Shown here: piece by piece, positions 27,324 through 37,599 of the stretch
How the letters are laid out: each line of letters starts with the position of its first letter
Position numbering within the stretch: position 1 is the stretch's first letter
Virus record (IMG/VR): IMGVR_UViG_3300046777_001511
Coordinates: 4,602 to 68,601 of that record
DNA from: a virus
Length of the DNA stretch: 64,000 nt
Direction: 5' to 3' (one strand)
The notes under the pieces: model-generated
Seen by the model: the letters and a program-made list of their open reading frames with translations, nothing else
Told to the model about the DNA's origin: nothing
Database searches by the model: none
Made by a program: the position numbers and the translations under genes

Positions 27324-29618
27324 TTAACCCCATTCCCAATCTCTATTCATTGTGCCTCCGTTAGCATACTTACCGATAATACCACCCATGCTTTTTTTAC
27401 CACCTGCTACCCATCCAAAGTATTTTCTTTGCTTGTCAGTCAATGGTTTACCATGAGCTTTTTTATCGTGTAACATAGTCTTTGCTTTTTCTTTTGATAA
27501 TTCTCCGCCTTTTGCTTTTTCCATTGTGCTTCCAACAGTTCCGCCTTCAGCCCATGTTTCTCTTGCGAATGCTCTAAAGTAAGGATTTTTTTTCAAATTC
27601 TTTTCATGTCTTGCATAAAAAGCTTTTTTTCTTACAGGATTGTTTGGATGTTGTCCCAAATTTGAATCACCAAAGTATTTTTTAGTTCCATCAGGTCCAA
27701 TCACAACATGAGTTTTTCCTTTTCTCTCACTTGATTTTTTTACAACGTAACCACCTTTTTTTAATTCAGCTTTTATTTTTTCTTCTTGCTTTAACATTTC
27801 AGGAGTTGGCTTTTTACCACTTCCTGCATTTTCTCTAATGTTATCCCAAAGTCCTCTTTTAGAATAAGATCCATCGGCGCGTTTTAACATGCCACCTTTG
27901 TTCTTTTCCATTTCATTTTCTTCGGCTTCAGGTGCAAGTTTTTCTAATATTTCTTCTCCTAAATAATTAACTATTTTCTTTTTTTCTTTTGGAGTAAATA
28001 AATGTTCGCCATTACTTACAGCAACTTTATCAGAATTAGTAGTGCCTCCTTTTTTAAATTCAGCAGTTTTGTTAGGATTTTGACGAAGTATATAGCCTCT
28101 TATTCCTTTTGCTAATTCATTGTTTTTAGCAGGAGTTATAAAACTTCCTTCAGGAATACCTTTATTGTTTATATCGGTTACAATGCTATCAGAAGTTCCT
28201 GTTCCCGGTCCTTTAATAGTTCCGCCAGTTGCATAGTTAATTTTGTTTACAGAGTTAGGCATTTGTTTTACACTTCCTCCATTAGCAAATAAAGCTTTAA
28301 TTCCCTTGTCATAATCTTTTGCATTATAAGATTCTATTTTAACAGGACCTCTATTTGGATTCATTGATTCTTGAGCTTCAATAGCTTTAGCTCTGGTTTC
28401 TTGAGAAGTAATGTTTTTTCTTTCTTTTCTCTCTTTAATTCCTTTAGCAGCACCTTTAGCAGCTTCTATTGTTCCAAAAATTATAGCTCCCGGAACTCCA
28501 GCGGTTGCAAATCCTTGAGCAGCACCTCTAACGGCTCCTGCGGTTGTTTGACCAGCTATTGAACTTCTGCCATCTTTTCTATCTAAAGTATCTAATCCTC
28601 CAGCAGCCAAATTTCCAATTGTGCTTATTACGTTGGGGTTTTTTAATTGATTCAAACTAGAAGATTTACTTGAACTCCCAGAATCTTTATTTACACTAAC
28701 AGAATTTTTATCAAACGATAAATCACTAATTCCCGTATCAGAAACTTCCATGTCTGACATGCTGGGAGAATCCGATTTTATATCGAACATATTATAATCG
28801 CCTACACCAGTCAATCCTGTGCCGTCTGCATATCTAGCTACAATTCCACCTTTTTTCTTGGATATAAGAGAAGCTTCTTTTGCTTTTTTTTCTTGAGGAA
28901 CAAATTGTTGATAAAAAGTATTATACGAATCTCTGCCTGATGGCTTTTGTAGCAATTCAAAATGTTTAGAAGGATCATAAGGAATATATTCTTTTGTGTC
29001 AAGACTTCCCTCTTTACTTATTTTAGATGCTGGAGCAACATATTTTTTATTTCCCCATACAACAGGTATATATCCTTCTGTACTTAATGGCGCTCCGGGC
29101 ATGCCAGAAGGCAAAACTTCTCCCCTATAACTAATTTCTGGCTGAACATATCTCATTCCTGATGTTTGAGTACCTAGCCATCCCTCTGCCTGAACTTTTG
29201 GATCAACCATTTTGTGATATTGTTGAATAGCAAGAATTTGTTCTGGAGTTATTTTATTTTGAGGAAATTGCTTTACATAATCTCCGGCATTCCATCTATC
29301 AATAGCTTCTTGACCATATTTTCTGCCTTCTTCGGTATTTAATACCGGATTTCCAACAAAAGGTTTTCCTTCTATTTGCTGTTTTTTTAAAAACTTCTGA
29401 AAATTATTCCATGCAGAATAATTAATTCCTTTGGCTATCTGAGAAGGATCTCTATTTAAAATAATATCTTCCGTTAAATCTACGCCGGTAGTAGCCCCTA
29501 ATCTTCTTTCTTTTAATTTAGCTGGCTCTTGTTTTTTAGCTTTATCATCTCCACCTTCAACATCCCCTCCTACTGCCATTTTAGCCATCAAAGCTTTTCT
29601 TAATAATTCTGATTTCAT
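27324..29618 (-). CDS. Modular virion protein with repeated xxxGG linkers
   Basis: ATGG.IKGPGTGTSDSI motif; several small basic domains separated by GG motifs. Confidence 0.6.
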   Translation of the reverse strand: MKSELLRKALMAKMAVGGDVEGGDDKAKKQEPAKLKERRLGATTGVDLTEDIILNRDPSQIAKGINYSAWNNFQKFLKKQQIEGKPFVGNPVLNTEEGRKYGQEAIDRWNAGDYVKQFPQNKITPEQILAIQQYHKMVDPKVQAEGWLGTQTSGMRYVQPEISYRGEVLPSGMPGAPLSTEGYIPVVWGNKKYVAPASKISKEGSLDTKEYIPYDPSKHFELLQKPSGRDSYNTFYQQFVPQEKKAKEASLISKKKGGIVARYADGTGLTGVGDYNMFDIKSDSPSMSDMEVSDTGISDLSFDKNSVSVNKDSGSSSKSSSLNQLKNPNVISTIGNLAAGGLDTLDRKDGRSSIAGQTTAGAVRGAAQGFATAGVPGAIIFGTIEAAKGAAKGIKERKERKNITSQETRAKAIEAQESMNPNRGPVKIESYNAKDYDKGIKALFANGGSVKQMPNSVNKINYATGGTIKGPGTGTSDSIVTDINNKGIPEGSFITPAKNNELAKGIRGYILRQNPNKTAEFKKGGTTNSDKVAVSNGEHLFTPKEKKKIVNYLGEEILEKLAPEAEENEMEKNKGGMLKRADGSYSKRGLWDNIRENAGSGKKPTPEMLKQEEKIKAELKKGGYVVKKSSERKGKTHVVIGPDGTKKYFGDSNLGQHPNNPVRKKAFYARHEKNLKKNPYFRAFARETWAEGGTVGSTMEKAKGGELSKEKAKTMLHDKKAHGKPLTDKQRKYFGWVAGGKKSMGGIIGKYANGGTMNRDWEWG

Positions 29619-29621
29619 AAT

Positions 29622-32600
29622 TTATCTTTTTTCTCTAAATACTGATGTTATAAACTCAAATACCTTTTGCAAGTTACGACTATTTGTTGGAATATTTGTA
29701 TAAGTTTTCAACGTATATTTTACTTTTAAATAAAAATCTACTAACCTACCTTTTGTTCCCAAAGGAACGCTGCTATTCCAGCTTTTATCAATGTATCTGT
29801 ACCACTTATTATTAGTGGATTCTATAGAATTGTCATCGTCTGTAGTACATTCTATGATGTCATAATTCACATCGTTACTTTTTTGACGTAAATTATCAAC
29901 AGCAAATGGCTTACCCGTTTTAGGATTTATTACAAACTCAATATCGTGATTATATGTTTGTCCAAAAAACTTAGTAAAATTTAATGTGGAAAACAACAAA
30001 TGAGATTCATTAGCTTGATTTGTTTTTGCCCAATAAATGCTTCCAACATAATCAGGCTGCTGATTTGCCGCAACAGGATTGCTTGTTGTAAAATCTTTTA
30101 CGCAAACATATTCTATGTTGTCTTTTGTAACGTTATTACCTATTATGTAATCAGTACTTGAATTTATTTCGTTATCCTCAATGTTTTTATTTGCTAAAAC
30201 TAAATTGTTATGATTTTGCCAAACAGCTCCTTTTAAATCAAAGAAACCTACAAACACATTTCTTGAGTGCTGATAACCTACTGTTAAGTTTTTCCAATAA
30301 ATAGGATCTTCATCTTCGCCTTCTACCCATTTAAAGTTCATGTAAGTCATTTTGTAATTCGGATCATAAACTCCCGAAATACCTATACCCAATAATGGAG
30401 TATCGTTATTCTGTAATTCATAATCAAAATTAGTTAATTGACTTGCGTAAAATTGTTGCGGACTATTAAAGAATGTTCTAAGTCCTTTCACGAAAGAAAC
30501 TTCTTGTATTCCTCCGCCAACGGTCATTACTAAAAATGCTCTTCTTCTAAAGTCAAACCAAGCGAATCCGTATTCGGTTTCTATTAAGCCAAATTTATGT
30601 TGGTTTCCAAAATAAGTATTAAAGTTATCAAATCTATCAATAACTCCACTTACACCTAACTGAGTAGCTTCTCCGATAGCTCCATTAATAACTTGTCTTT
30701 CTAGTATTGGTAAATAACCTATTGAATGATCTTGCCAAAAGAAAACTTTGCCATCCCTGTTTCTAACATTATTGATTTGTCCTTTGTTTCCGTCCAAATC
30801 CCTAAATTGAAGTTGAGGGAATGTTCTAAAAGAATCCTGACCTTCGCCGGAAGTTTTCGCTCCTGCCCATCGAACTCTGTATGGAAACTTAGAAACTAAA
30901 GATGTTATCGGTAACGCAGGATACGCTACAACTCCATCAGATGTATAAGCAGGATTTATTAAAAATTGTTCAGGATTTGTACTGCCTGAATTATTATAAT
31001 AAACGCCTGAAGAACTTGCGTGCATTCCGTATTGCTCAATATTTAATCCTTGTCTTAAATAATGATTAATACTTGATTCTACCGGATAAAATATTCCATA
31101 AGAAAACGAAGTATATTGAACATTATCGTATAATGATTTTCCTAAACTAAATACGCCTAAAAATGAATCTCCTCCAAATACATCTATTTCATTAAACACG
31201 TAATTAGTTCCGTCAAATGTATCTGCCTTAACAGAACTATCTATTCTTTGATAGTGACCTGTTGGAATGTAAATAGTATTAGCTAAAGCTGAAGGAGTTG
31301 TTCCTCCATACAAATTAGTTTTAGGTATTTTGAAATTCATTAAAGGCTTGGCGGTATTGTATTCCTCTGTAATGCTACTCATTAAATTTCCGTTAGGAAA
31401 ATTAGGAAAACCATTTAATTCTAATACGAATGTTTTGCACCCAACAGCCTGAAGTCCTGCATAAGGAGTAACGTAACCTCCGTTAACTGTAACTAAATTG
31501 TTATCATAAGTTACGCCAAGATAATAATTTGTGATACTGTCTCCCGGATTAACGCCATCTATTCTGTTTATTACGAATTGTTGATTTGTTTGCCCCTCGT
31601 AATCATACCATTTAGAGTTTGCTTGCTCTGGAATTTGAATACTATACAAAGATTGTATCGTTCCTCCGCTAGGTACTTTTACAAAACAATCACCTTCTAA
31701 TTGCTTTCCTGCGCTAGGAGTGTAATAATTAAACAAAGCATCAGGGCTGTGCCAATTCATTATGTTGCCATAATTATTGCTAGTTGCCACAAATTCAGCG
31801 GAAGAATTTAATTGAGCCATAGGAACTTGTTGTATGGTTCCGCTAGGAGATATGGATGTTCCGCAAGTCTGAAAAAGAATACCTTGAGCATAATATTGTT
31901 TATCTCTAGGAGCCCTCATTATACTAAACCCACTCATCTTATCAATATCTTCAGGAGAAAAAGTTAATCCACTTATTCTAAGCCCATTTATTCTTAATGA
32001 ATGGTTTCTTGAAGAATTATATTTCATAGGACCACCCTTATCGCCTAAAGATTGTACTTGATGATCTCCTAACCATCTAGCATACATAGGATCTCCTTTT
32101 TTATCGTAAGGCACAACAGCAAATCTATATGTTTCGTTACTCCAATATTGTCTTAAATATTGAGTAGCAGCCATTCCTCTATAATCAAAAAAATCATCAT
32201 TTAGCGGAATAGCTTTCCATTTATCAACCCCTGCTGATGTTTTATATCTTTTAGTTCTAATACATGCTCTAACTAAAGGAGTTCCTGAAACATAAGAATA
32301 ACTTAACCCTATTGCAGAGGTAACTTGAAACGTATTTTGAGGCTGATTATCTCCATAATTAGTAGCTCCATAAGTAATAACTCCTCCCGTAACTAAGTAG
32401 CAAGCATCTAAATAAAGATTTCCTGATGCTACTCCAGCGGAAGGTTGCGCAGGCAAACCTGCATTCATAGGAGAAGATCCGTAAGTAAGTGGAGTTGTTG
32501 GAACTGCCCAATATGAATCAGCAGGAACTAAATAGCTTAAATCGTTAATGCTAACAGATGCTTTATCAAAATCCTGTAATTCTTCTCTTTCTGTTATATT

Positions 32601-33773
32601 ACCTATTACGTTATAATTTTTATTAGTAGTAATATCTTTTACCCTTAATATACTTGCAGGAAAAATTGTTAAATCTTCTAATGTTAATTCAGTTCCTCCC
32701 TCAGAAGTGTGCTGAATAAACATTGTTTCTCCTGTAATTTTTTGAGTAGCAAATATGTTTGCGGACCTTAACAAGTTGTTAGCTTGATCATATTCTGCTG
32801 CCGCAACCTCTATGGTATCGTAGTAACTATAATCTATTCCTGATATTTTTAATTCTACTCCTGTTGTTGTTGTCGCTAAAGTTCCACCTGCTCCAGCGCC
32901 TTGAACCATATTAAAGTTACTAGGAACATAAGCTCCAATGCTATAAACATTTATAGGAAAAGAACCGTAACTCCATGCGCTAGTTATGCCTTGACTTTCA
33001 ATGCTTAGTCTTATAAAATAAGACTTGGATCCTCCATAAAGAGTTCCCGGAACATACTTGTTAAAGTCTATTTCAGGATTTATTCTGTCAGGGTACCAGC
33101 TTAAAGCTTTATAATCTATGTATTGATAAACTTTTGGATTGCCATCAACAACAGTATAAGTAGTTGTTGCTCCAGCAGTAAACACGTTTGTTGCTGTTAA
33201 TCCCGGTCCATAATTAGTACTGCTATAACTAATGGCTCCGCCAACAACCATGTATTGTTCGCCATTAACTAAATCACCTGAATTTATTTCAGTAAATGCA
33301 GGATCTTTTACATTTAAAACTCTTGGCTGATTAAAATTATCAGTCCAATAAACTCTTTTTATTCTGTCATTTTCTTCAAATGTAAACCCCGTTATTTGAT
33401 GTTCAATAGAAAAATTTAATTCTACATGACCATACAAGGGAGTATAAGTTCCTATTCCATCTTTATCGAAAGATACCTGACCTATTTCTCCATAACCGGG
33501 AGTAGCACTATTTGTTGAAAAAACAACTAACGTATCTATAAAAGATATGTAGCCTATAACAGAAGGAGGTAATTGTTTTACAGTGTAAACTGCATCGTAA
33601 ATAGCAGGTATTGTAAAAGAAGTTTTAGTTCCTTTTGGTAATTCAACAACATAGTCATTGCCATCATAGGAAACTAACATTCCGTTATTCATATCCCTAT
33701 AAGTACCTCTAGGTTGTAAAAGGATATTTGAATCCTTATTTAAACCACCTTCAAATGTGTTTGTAAATTCCAT
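29622..33773 (-). CDS. crAss-like tail stabilization/muzzle protein
   Basis: NTF.GGLNKD N-terminus, YWTDNFNQPR.LN, ETYRFAVV, FGGD.F, G.I..V; 1383 aa. Confidence 0.8.
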   Translation of the reverse strand: MEFTNTFEGGLNKDSNILLQPRGTYRDMNNGMLVSYDGNDYVVELPKGTKTSFTIPAIYDAVYTVKQLPPSVIGYISFIDTLVVFSTNSATPGYGEIGQVSFDKDGIGTYTPLYGHVELNFSIEHQITGFTFEENDRIKRVYWTDNFNQPRVLNVKDPAFTEINSGDLVNGEQYMVVGGAISYSSTNYGPGLTATNVFTAGATTTYTVVDGNPKVYQYIDYKALSWYPDRINPEIDFNKYVPGTLYGGSKSYFIRLSIESQGITSAWSYGSFPINVYSIGAYVPSNFNMVQGAGAGGTLATTTTGVELKISGIDYSYYDTIEVAAAEYDQANNLLRSANIFATQKITGETMFIQHTSEGGTELTLEDLTIFPASILRVKDITTNKNYNVIGNITEREELQDFDKASVSINDLSYLVPADSYWAVPTTPLTYGSSPMNAGLPAQPSAGVASGNLYLDACYLVTGGVITYGATNYGDNQPQNTFQVTSAIGLSYSYVSGTPLVRACIRTKRYKTSAGVDKWKAIPLNDDFFDYRGMAATQYLRQYWSNETYRFAVVPYDKKGDPMYARWLGDHQVQSLGDKGGPMKYNSSRNHSLRINGLRISGLTFSPEDIDKMSGFSIMRAPRDKQYYAQGILFQTCGTSISPSGTIQQVPMAQLNSSAEFVATSNNYGNIMNWHSPDALFNYYTPSAGKQLEGDCFVKVPSGGTIQSLYSIQIPEQANSKWYDYEGQTNQQFVINRIDGVNPGDSITNYYLGVTYDNNLVTVNGGYVTPYAGLQAVGCKTFVLELNGFPNFPNGNLMSSITEEYNTAKPLMNFKIPKTNLYGGTTPSALANTIYIPTGHYQRIDSSVKADTFDGTNYVFNEIDVFGGDSFLGVFSLGKSLYDNVQYTSFSYGIFYPVESSINHYLRQGLNIEQYGMHASSSGVYYNNSGSTNPEQFLINPAYTSDGVVAYPALPITSLVSKFPYRVRWAGAKTSGEGQDSFRTFPQLQFRDLDGNKGQINNVRNRDGKVFFWQDHSIGYLPILERQVINGAIGEATQLGVSGVIDRFDNFNTYFGNQHKFGLIETEYGFAWFDFRRRAFLVMTVGGGIQEVSFVKGLRTFFNSPQQFYASQLTNFDYELQNNDTPLLGIGISGVYDPNYKMTYMNFKWVEGEDEDPIYWKNLTVGYQHSRNVFVGFFDLKGAVWQNHNNLVLANKNIEDNEINSSTDYIIGNNVTKDNIEYVCVKDFTTSNPVAANQQPDYVGSIYWAKTNQANESHLLFSTLNFTKFFGQTYNHDIEFVINPKTGKPFAVDNLRQKSNDVNYDIIECTTDDDNSIESTNNKWYRYIDKSWNSSVPLGTKGRLVDFYLKVKYTLKTYTNIPTNSRNLQKVFEFITSVFREKR

Positions 33774-34522
33774 TAGTAATAACTATAACCTGTTGGATAC
33801 ATACCCACCCATAAACCTCTTCCTTTGTAAGGATTGTTTATTGTTTGAGCTATTTCTTCTCTATCAGCCTCAGTCAATATATTGTCTTGAGCTCTTGCGT
33901 GCTTGCACAACCTAAACCATTCTCTTTTGTGCTCCATTGTCAAAACAGGAGATAATGGCTTTGCAGAATATTCGCTGCGAACACCATACTTCCATAATAT
34001 ATATTCTGTAATTGCTCTCGTGTGATTTTCAGAAATCATTATGAATCCATCTTCATCTTCTTGATAACCAACGTATTCAATGGTAACTTTTTTACCATCT
34101 AAATCTTTTCTGAAAATTATATGATTGTTTTGAACTTGATAATCAACAAATCCTGAAAAATAATTTATAGAATTTGGATCATAATCAACTATTAAGAACC
34201 CTGAGCTGTATTGATTTGTGTTGTTTATAAAGTAATTTCCTGAATTTTGAAAACAAGTATTAAATAAACTTTCACAATCACAGCCATGATCTCCCATAAT
34301 TGCTCTTTGCAGTATAACTACACAACAAGGTAACTCCGCTGAACATCCTTTAATAGTCAACACTTTTTTCTTAACTACCATAGCAAATCTACTTGCTATT
34401 TCTTTTTCAGCTTGTACTGCCCAGTTAGTAAATATAGGCATATCTACCGACCTATCTCCGCCAACCATGTCGAGCGCATCTATAATCGGATTTTTTATTG
34501 ATATTAGTCTATTAATTGACAT
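33773..34522 (-). CDS. Tail tubular/ring protein (P22 gp4-like, crAss-type)
   Basis: V.IEY.G...DEDGF.MI...RAI..YI; position. Confidence 0.65.
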   Translation of the reverse strand: MSINRLISIKNPIIDALDMVGGDRSVDMPIFTNWAVQAEKEIASRFAMVVKKKVLTIKGCSAELPCCVVILQRAIMGDHGCDCESLFNTCFQNSGNYFINNTNQYSSGFLIVDYDPNSINYFSGFVDYQVQNNHIIFRKDLDGKKVTIEYVGYQEDEDGFIMISENHTRAITEYILWKYGVRSEYSAKPLSPVLTMEHKREWFRLCKHARAQDNILTEADREEIAQTINNPYKGRGLWVGMYPTGYSYY

Positions 34523-34959
34523 TCTCTAAAATCTTTTCCTTTACTTACTGTTTCAAATATTTTCTTCTTTAATTTTTGACAAGGATAAAACTTTACCCCG
34601 TCAACTATTGATTTGCCCTTATAATAATTGACTTTAAAAGCATAATCTAAATTGTTTAGATTTAATACTCTTAAAGGAATTAATACGCCTTTCTTGGCTA
34701 CCAATCCTTTTAATCTCAATCTTTTTGCTGATTCGGATACTTTGCTTTTTTCTATTACAAACTTTCCTACATTAGCCATTCCGCTAACTTCTTTTCCCAT
34801 CAACAAATCTTCATAGAACAAATCTAAATACGCTTCCCAAACTTTATATACCTCAGAACGCTTTACTCTTTTTTTAGTAACAGCCTTAATCATTTTTCTG
34901 CCTCTATTAGCAGATTTTTTATTAAGGAGTAACTGCCTTTTTACGCTCTTGTTCGTCAT
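34504..34959 (-). CDS. IHF/HU-like protein within the tail module
   Basis: Basic; G.EV....VGKF.I pattern; matches the known crAss-like gene order. Confidence 0.6.
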   Translation of the reverse strand: MTNKSVKRQLLLNKKSANRGRKMIKAVTKKRVKRSEVYKVWEAYLDLFYEDLLMGKEVSGMANVGKFVIEKSKVSESAKRLRLKGLVAKKGVLIPLRVLNLNNLDYAFKVNYYKGKSIVDGVKFYPCQKLKKKIFETVSKGKDFRECQLID

Positions 34960-35764
34960 CTTCAGAACTATTTTTAACGTCAGTTATCTTAGTTTCTTCT
35001 ATTCCAAACTCTTTTGTAAGAACTTCTAATATTATTTGTCTAGCCATATCACCTTGTACAGGGTATTGACTATCTTCAGTGTATGCTGTCGTTCTGCTTT
35101 CAGTCTTTACTTTTCCACTACCTGTGAAAATTGTATTCACAGCCGTAAATGTTTGTCCCGGATTGTAACCTAAACCATTGTGAACAATTTGAGCTTCGTA
35201 AACTTTATAAACTTTTCCAACAACCAAACTTCCCGAATTAACAAATTCAGTAGTAATTACAGAAGCATCTTTTGGTCTATTTAAAACCATTACTGCCCTT
35301 ACTTTGTCCATCTGTTTATTAAAAAAATAAGAATTACCTATTTTGTAATAATAGTAAAATTTGTTTCTTACATGCTCTTTTGGAATTTCTCTCAATAATT
35401 CTATTGGATAATAGTAAAATTGTCTTGTTCCGCAAGAAGAAATTAATTTTACAGATGAATCAGTATTTGATTGTGGATTGTACAAACTTATGTTGTCAGG
35501 CAAAGTTACCTTTGACATTATACACTCACAATAAGGAATAGTGTCGTCATCATTAAAGTTCACAGGAGTTAATTGAACGAACCCTATATCCTGCATCCAA
35601 GCGGTATCTATAATTTTGGTCGCATTGAACTCCTGATGAATAAGTTGTGAACGAGCATTGTCGCGCATAAACGCTATTTGGTCTGGATCCAATCTGCTAT
35701 CATCGGTAAAACCGAATCTAGTCAAAATATTAATGATTGTATATGTTATTTCGTTTCCAGTCAT
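34922..35764 (-). CDS. Tail ring/adaptor protein
   Basis: DDSRLD...I...R..LI N-terminus; YP...II..VL C-terminus. Confidence 0.6.
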   Translation of the reverse strand: MTGNEITYTIINILTRFGFTDDSRLDPDQIAFMRDNARSQLIHQEFNATKIIDTAWMQDIGFVQLTPVNFNDDDTIPYCECIMSKVTLPDNISLYNPQSNTDSSVKLISSCGTRQFYYYPIELLREIPKEHVRNKFYYYYKIGNSYFFNKQMDKVRAVMVLNRPKDASVITTEFVNSGSLVVGKVYKVYEAQIVHNGLGYNPGQTFTAVNTIFTGSGKVKTESRTTAYTEDSQYPVQGDMARQIILEVLTKEFGIEETKITDVKNSSEDDEQERKKAVTP

Positions 35765-35769
35765 GGTAA

Positions 35770-35777
35770 CAAATATA
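35770..35777 (-). promoter_or_regulatory. -7 promoter element TATATTTG
   Basis: CAAATATA immediately upstream of 35764. Confidence 0.5.
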
Positions 35778-35803
35778 AGAAAAATTAGATAGCTTAAAGA
35801 TTG

Positions 35804-36322
35804 TTATTTATTAACAATCAATGACATAATTTTTTTGAAACCATATCTAACTAAAATTATAGATATTGTAATCCAAAACCACCAAAAAGTATATTCATCA
35901 AACCAAGTTTTATGCTCTAAATGACAAACAGGAACTTCTTTAATTTCTTTTTCCTTAGTTATCCTTATTGTTTCTTTTAAACCGTTTATTACAGCCTTTA
36001 AACTATCAGCCTCGCAGTTAACAGCTAATGAATTACCAACTGTTGTTATAGTTGATTTAATGCCATTTTTTTTGCTTTCAACCTTAACGGGCTTTAGCTT
36101 ACCTAAGCTGTCGCAAAGATTTTTACATGGATTATCCAAATACTGAATAGGACCTTGTTGAGTAATATAAATAGTAGTGTCCCTAAGTATTTCTATAATA
36201 GAATCATGAATTTCTTTTTCTATTCTTACCGGGCAAGTTTGACAAATCTTTTGTCTTTTCTTTTCGGTTACGCAAGAAACACTAAGGAATATTAGTAGTG
36301 CTAGTGTTAGATTTTTTGCCAT
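35804..36322 (-). CDS. Putative unimolecular spanin (lipoprotein with C-terminal TM)
   Basis: Lipobox SVSC, C-terminal hydrophobic helix, in the lysis cassette. Confidence 0.65.
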   Translation of the reverse strand: MAKNLTLALLIFLSVSCVTEKKRQKICQTCPVRIEKEIHDSIIEILRDTTIYITQQGPIQYLDNPCKNLCDSLGKLKPVKVESKKNGIKSTITTVGNSLAVNCEADSLKAVINGLKETIRITKEKEIKEVPVCHLEHKTWFDEYTFWWFWITISIILVRYGFKKIMSLIVNK

Positions 36323-36563
36323 TTTTTAATTTTATATTTTCAAATGTAGTCAATCCTAAGCATACTGCCATCATTCCGTAATCAATAAGTAGTATTTCGG
36401 GAAATAAACTAAAGTCAGACTTGTAGCAACTGTTTTTAATCCAAAATCCATGAATTACAATAACTAGCATTGCAATCACAAATGCTGTTAATTTACGTGC
36501 AGAAAATGAATTTTTTGTAACTGTATCAAAAGATCCTAAAAGTTTAGTGTATAATTGTTTCAT
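36282..36563 (-). CDS. Holin-like membrane protein
   Basis: Two TM helices, S.RKL motif, adjacent to the endolysin. Confidence 0.65.
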   Translation of the reverse strand: MKQLYTKLLGSFDTVTKNSFSARKLTAFVIAMLVIVIHGFWIKNSCYKSDFSLFPEILLIDYGMMAVCLGLTTFENIKLKNGKKSNTSTTNIP

Positions 36564-37219
36564 AATGATTTAAGCATTTCTATTAGTTTTGGTTGTGGCG
36601 CAACATCAATTTTATCGTAACGAACAGAGTTGTGAGTAAACACCCCTGATTCGCCTTTTAAGGCTCTAGGGGTTACATCCCAAATATCTTCATTGTATTT
36701 TAATGGTATTCCGTACTTTTGATTCCAAAGCAATAATAACTCTTTAATAGCTAATATCTGAGCATCTGTATAAGCATGAACATACTTGTATCCCTTATAT
36801 TCTTTTGAGAGCTCTATAACGTCCTCTTCAGGAATAACAGAGTTTACATAAGTGTAGTATTTTCCTTCTTTATATTTCAATCCTCCAAAATTACATACTT
36901 CTATTCCTATTGATATTTTATCTAATGAAATATATGGTAATTTAAAATTATGGAAAGTAGATTCTTTTAATCCTAAATGATAAGCCCAATGTTTACTGCT
37001 ATATCCCTGAACAACTTCTCCATCAATCCATTTAGCTGTTTTAGTTGGTTTACCCCCTATTGTTACGCAAGTGGCAATCTTTTCAGGATTGTTTTCCCAT
37101 ACCTTAAAAACAGCAAAAGGATCTGCTGATCCTGCCGTATGATGTAGATAAATTTGTTTTTTTGTGTGCTCCTCCGCTATATATTGATTAGCTGAAAAAG
37201 GAACTTGAGTTAATTTCAT
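36560..37219 (-). CDS. Endolysin, N-acetylmuramoyl-L-alanine amidase (Amidase_2)
   Basis: IYLHHTAG, WAYH.G, SIGIE, THNS...K.D. Confidence 0.85.
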   Translation of the reverse strand: MKLTQVPFSANQYIAEEHTKKQIYLHHTAGSADPFAVFKVWENNPEKIATCVTIGGKPTKTAKWIDGEVVQGYSSKHWAYHLGLKESTFHNFKLPYISLDKISIGIEVCNFGGLKYKEGKYYTYVNSVIPEEDVIELSKEYKGYKYVHAYTDAQILAIKELLLLWNQKYGIPLKYNEDIWDVTPRALKGESGVFTHNSVRYDKIDVAPQPKLIEMLKSL

Positions 37220-37524
37220 TATATTTTACTAGCTAGCCCTAGTTGAATTTGAACTAATTGGTCAACGCTTGCTGACAGCTTATTTACTGTTTGCGCTAGA
37301 GTTCTTAGTTCTAACTGAGTAGTTTGTTCTAATCTTTTTACGTCACTATTAAGTTGCTGTTCAACTAACTCTATTCTTCCTTTATTTTTACCAACTTCTT
37401 CTATTGCTTTTTTGGTATCATTATGGATAATCTTTAAAAAGTATCCTAATATTAAAAGAAGTAATCCGATAATTCCTCCGGATATTCCTATTATTGTTTC
37501 GGCTAACTCTAGTGTCATATTCAT
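37219..37524 (-). CDS. Membrane protein with coiled coil (holin/XhlA-like)
   Basis: N-terminal TM plus coiled coil, first gene of the lysis cassette. Confidence 0.55.
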   Translation of the reverse strand: MNMTLELAETIIGISGGIIGLLLLILGYFLKIIHNDTKKAIEEVGKNKGRIELVEQQLNSDVKRLEQTTQLELRTLAQTVNKLSASVDQLVQIQLGLASKI

Positions 37525-37549
37525 TAAATAATTAATATTTATTTTTCTT

Positions 37550-37557
37550 CAAATTTA
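37550..37557 (-). promoter_or_regulatory. -7 promoter element TAAATTTG for lysis genes
   Basis: CAAATTTA upstream of 37524. Confidence 0.45.
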
Positions 37558-37599
37558 ACTTTTAATACAATATATTAATATTTTACTTATTAACTAATT

